A DNA stretch of 51,275 nucleotides, the filler included, from Sphacelaria rigidula (taxonomy: Eukaryota), in assembly GCA_964200075.2 (NCBI GenBank). It is 3 parts of 3 records of this genome, joined end to end, with 100 filler letters (N's around TTAATTAATTAA, not from the genome) between each part and the next. Parts side by side here need not be neighbours in the genome. Positions count along the whole stretch, not along the records: positions 34,255 to 51,275 come from CAXNAA020001185.1; 2 more parts are not named here. One strand, 5' to 3'. Both the position numbers and the translations under genes were made by a program. Below the pieces are notes generated by a model. That model saw only the letters and a list, made by a program, of their open reading frames with translations. It was not told the DNA's origin and made no database searches. This document shows positions 48,201 through 51,275 of this stretch, one piece after another. Every line of letters begins with the position of its first letter. Positions within the stretch are counted from its first letter, which is position 1.

Positions 48201-51029
48201 TCGGGAAAACACCCAAATGATTTCTGCCGGGGATTGAACTTGCATTTTAGTGCTGAACAATGACTGATTTCACTTGTGCTACTTTAATTTAGACCACTGT
48301 CAACTAGAGAAAGACAGCCATCTATCTCACCTGCCCCAGAGCATGCTTAAGTCCATCCGCCTCTCGAAGAGTCGCTTTCAGCGCTTCCATCAAGCCAGAC
48401 CCCAAGCCTTCCTCCGGGTCATCTAGCAAGTGCCACTGGGCCAATGATGCCACCAGTGGTAACAATAAACCATCTTCCTTCAGAAGAGGGTGCCTCAGCG
48501 CCGCAGATACCCTGTACGTCCCGGCAAGGATACGACATAGTTGAGAAGGAACTCACATGAGGAATTGGATACAAAGGACACCCTAACCTCCGAATATTCA
48601 TGCCGATCCCCACCATGCATGTTGGACAACAAAGGTCAGGAGAAAGGCAGGGGGGACTCGCCCTGAATCGAAGACACCACGAGGAGATTCATGGAAATCT
48701 CATGCGCCAAATGTCCGCAGCAATTGTACGCTGAAATACCCTCGTGAGGTAGTGACATACGACCCGGCCTGCTCACAGCCGATCAGCTGTGCAGATCTCG
48801 ACGCGAGTCCCCGTCTGTACTCAACATACAAGCGATACAACTCTCTTGAAAAATACGCTCCCGTACCGTGTCGTACCGCCTCACAATCAAGCACACGAAC
48901 CACAAAAATGTAACGCTGCAGATCCTCACGAACCTGCCGACCACGCCGACACCATTGTCTTCTTCCTCCCCGCCTTGTGCCACCGCGGCCTCCCGCAACA
49001 CCCCAGCCGCGAGATTCAACACAGAAGCAGCATGGTGCAACAGCAGGGGATCAGGGTAACCCAACGGCAGGGCTTGGCTTCCAAGCGCACCCCCCCCCAC
49101 AATTCCCAAGGCCCCAGTGCCGCCAAGCATACCGACGCCAGTGCCCATTAACCCTCCATTCATCAGCGGTTGCAGGCTACCGTAGCTGCCGCCCGCGCTG
49201 CGTGAGATGCCTCCGGTCGAGTGACCCCTTGATGATGGGTAGTCATCATCTGCTCTACGCGGCAGCAAAGTAACCGAGTCTCCAGGCTGGTGCATCGCGA
49301 AAGCCGGCCACAGGGTGCCTTGCGCATCCACTGCGCCGCTGCCTCCCGCCGCGACGGCGGCTGCGGCAGCAGCGGCGGAAAGGGAAGATGATCTAACCCC
49401 CCATCCCCCGTCCATCCTCGAGTCCCTGCCTCCTGCCCCAGGGCCGCTCAGACTGATGCCCCCGCCTCCGCCTGCTACACCATTCATGTCCTGGATGGTG
49501 GAGAAGTGAAGGGGGGGGGGAGGGGGGGAGGGGTGTATTCATGATTTTACATCCTGTGGTCACATGGTCATTGACCTCGCATGCCTACAAAGCCGGGACG
49601 GAGCACGCCGGGTACTTGCAGGACCAGCCTCGCAGTAAATCAACAAGCGCGAAGCGTCGTGATGCGTTCGGCGAGTCGAATGAAGGGTTAGCTGCATCCT
49701 GCCAAGATTGTTCGGCCCGAAGCGTATTGATTATCTTGCATTTGGATGACAGCCTCCAAATGAGTTAATTAATTCTCAGGTGTCGCCACTTCCAGAGACA
49801 GCAACGGCTTACGCACCGCCTCATGGGTTTCTCACCATTTCAACACTACGTAGTATGATCATCCTCTTTGAGTGGAACTGAGGTTCTCCCACCCCGCACA
49901 ATATGATCTAGCTCGACCACAATCATGGTTACCGCAAAAAAACACAAGCGCCAAAATGAAAAACATGACCTGGTTGCCTAGCTGACGCAGGGAGTGGGGT
50001 GTTCTACAGCGTCATTGGTAACCGACGCCAACTCCATAGGGGGTCTGACCCTACAAAGCCAGGATGGACTTCGCCGGGTTTTTGCCGGACCAGGGGACGG
50101 GGGTAGTTTCAGTGGACATACGGCACATCCAGCGTTAGAGGTATAGGTGATGGTGTAGATGGGAAGTGTAAGATCGAAAACATGACCTGGGTTGACTGAA
50201 GCAGAATGCGAAAGGTTGGGCAACTGCAAAGTATCCTTGGACAATTTTTCGGTTACATAAACATCGCCAGTATATAACTTCGAGCGCAGGACAGTCATAT
50301 GTAGACGGTTGACTGAGATTTTGACGATGCATCTGCTCGACACGCGGCCCGCAGCCGACTTGAATCGAATAGGCCTTCCTCTCGCCAGAAGCATCTGCTT
50401 TCGAGATGCCATACATCCAGTGCGATTGACACCTCCGTACGACGCGTACCAACTACGAAAGACATAGACACCGGCCGAGCGACACACACCCAGATAGAGA
50501 TAGATCCCCCCACGACTTTTCCATTTTCCCCCTTCCATCATCAACACTCAACCAAGCATTCCTCAAGACAAAAGCTATTTAAGCCGCGAACTGTTCCGCA
50601 TGGTGGACATACCTGGTACAGGTTGTTCATGGCGGGGCCAAAATCCTCCCCTGTGTCCGCATTTCCAACTGACAACAATCCGACGTCAGTGTTCAGCGTG
50701 AGCTCCACCGTCATGCCCGCCGACATACGCGACCCGTACCCAGACCTTAGCCTCGACCCACCGTGGTACAAATCTTGGCTCACCAGGTAACCCCACCCGT
50801 GCCGATCCGCACCAAGGTAGCTGCCCAGAGCAGTCTGTCTGGTAGCCACCCCGAGGAACACATGGCCCCTGCGATTCACGCTGTCTAGACGCACCCGCCA
50901 ACGGTGAATGCCACTTCCACGTGGAAACCCACCGGTGGCTAGCGCTACTCCCCACCCGCGTGCAGGTCCCTGGGTGACCCAAGTGGTGTCGGAGGCGAGG
51001 GGGAGTATGTTCGTTGATGAAGGTCCGCA
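34870..51029 (-). CDS. Giant HERC-like protein (SPRY + conserved helical blocks + UBA), internal part, probably a HECT E3 ubiquitin ligase; join(51029..50613, 49490..48934, 48511..48331, 43868..42468, 41909..41760, 40869..40699, 40060..39695, 39031..36255, 35834..35549, 35031..34870)
   Basis: Ten exons splice in one open frame (junction phases 0,2,0,0,0,0,0,2,0; about 2150 codons). SPRY: GIHRWRVRLDSVNRRGHVFLGVAT...YLGADRHGWGY. UBA: MAEMGFPVHWCERALAETGDDIEAALNWILSN. The blocks 'AEGRAKRRAAGLTALRSLL', 'HYLAGLAGC..VRGAFEKLY' and 'LGALSVLGG' recall large HERC1/HERC2/HECTD4-type ligases. The HECT domain itself is not in the window. Confidence 0.8.
35549..35834 (-). CDS. HERC-like exon
   Basis: TACCAG| ... 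GAG|GTGTGT; phase 2/0; acidic Ala-rich linker. Confidence 0.8.
36255..39031 (-). CDS. HERC-like very large exon (2777 nt)
   Basis: GGACAG| ... AG|GTATGT within the 1037-aa ORF; phase 0/2. Confidence 0.88.
39695..40060 (-). CDS. HERC-like exon
   Basis: GTTCAG| ... CAG|GTAAGC with a CTAAC branch point upstream; 122 codons. Confidence 0.82.
40699..40869 (-). CDS. HERC-like exon
   Basis: TTTGCAG| ... CAG|GTGTAG; 57 codons, VRGAFEKLYSFL...IFNILQ. Confidence 0.82.
41760..41909 (-). CDS. HERC-like exon
   Basis: CCGCAG| ... GAG|GTTTGT; 50 codons, IAREAAA...GGHYLAGLAGCPRSTAQE. Confidence 0.8.
42468..43868 (-). CDS. HERC-like exon
   Basis: ACGCAG| ... CAG|GTTCGT; 467 codons within ORF 42381..43973. 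Confidence 0.85.
44430..45670. repeat. Palindromic modular repeat, inverted homolog of 29480-30290, interrupted by an unrelated segment at about 44700-45150
   Basis: Block-wise alignment with the contig 2 copy. Confidence 0.7.
45733..47017. mobile_element. TIR element with internal GAGTA/TACTC tandem arrays
   Basis: Perfect 19-bp TIRs GTAGGTCGAGTAGAGTATA / TATACTCTACTCGACCTAC. Units of about 40 bp, a 291-bp higher-order duplication (46443 and 46734), and a unique core at about 46060-46435. Confidence 0.85.
48331..48511 (-). CDS. HERC-like exon not represented in the ORF track
   Basis: GTACAG| ... CAG|GTGAGA; encodes VSAALRHPLLKEDGLLLPLVASLAQWHLL...HALGQ. Phase 2/0 bridges its neighbours. 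Confidence 0.8.
48934..49490 (-). CDS. HERC-like exon (Gly/Ala insert plus SPRY C-terminal strands)
   Basis: CCATCCAG| ... AG|GTTCGT; contains GTLWPAFAMHQPGDSVTLL; phase 0/2. Confidence 0.85.
49510..50104 (-). mobile_element. G-tract-associated repeat, long family L, plus a short internal duplication at 50048-50095
   Basis: The plus strand starts poly-G GGGGTGTATTCATGAT and aligns with 33442-33988 up to CCATAGGGGGTC. Confidence 0.8.
50613..51029 (-). CDS. HERC-like exon (SPRY domain)
   Basis: CGCTAG| ... CAG|GTATGT; 139 codons. Confidence 0.85.
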
Positions 51030-51104
51030 CTAGCGGGCGCTGTACAAGGAGTTATCATTGGGGCGGTGTATTGGTACCAACACATTTGTCTTCATTTTGT
51101 TGTT

Positions 51105-51267
51105 ATCGCTCCTCCCTTTCTTTCCTTTCTGAGGCCGTTGCTTCTGTCTTCTTCTGTTTCTCGTTTTCTTTCTTCTTTTATTATTCTGTTTTTTTTTTGC
51201 TGCTCCTGACCACGGGCTGGATTGTTGCAATCAGCCAATGTGAGATAATCAATCGATCAATCAATCA
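51105..51267 (+). mobile_element. (CAAT)n-tailed retroposon, family B
   Basis: Homologous to 18070-18209. Confidence 0.8.
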
Positions 51268-51275
51268 GGCTTGGT

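Noticed and set aside
48222..48305. tRNA gene (minus strand CAGTGGTCTAA...GTTCAATCCCCGG)
   Set aside because: Only box-like motifs with no cloverleaf; at most a SINE relic.

Overview
Eukaryotic, intron-rich, repeat-rich nuclear DNA. The Gly/Ala-rich exons, long introns with C-rich acceptors, (CCCTAA)-containing MITE and (CAAT)n-tailed repeats suggest a brown alga (Phaeophyceae); this is inference. The window is not one locus. It is three contigs of 17,029, 17,025 and 17,021 bp (1-17029, 17130-34154, 34255-51275) joined by artificial 100-bp N44-TTAATTAATTAA-N44 linkers, so genes run off the contig ends. Three partial minus-strand genes can be spliced by hand with consistent exon phases: (1) a type II membrane GT8-like glycosyltransferase (3 exons, 15452 to 1596); (2) a CHMP7-like ESCRT-II/III hybrid (5-6 exons, 24362 to 18564); (3) a giant HERC-like scaffold/E3 ligase with SPRY and UBA domains (10 exons, 51029 to 34870). 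A tentative plus-strand gene starts at 25933. The rest is introns and intergenic DNA filled with LINE relics, MITEs, foldback palindromes and microsatellites. The most interesting candidate is a pair of related retroposon-like families. They have an invariant end (..ATGAGTAC[A/G]CCCC), are variably truncated at the other end, always sit in G/C homopolymer tracts, and one copy can be compared with its empty site to show a target-site duplication. No complete novel protein-coding system is evident.
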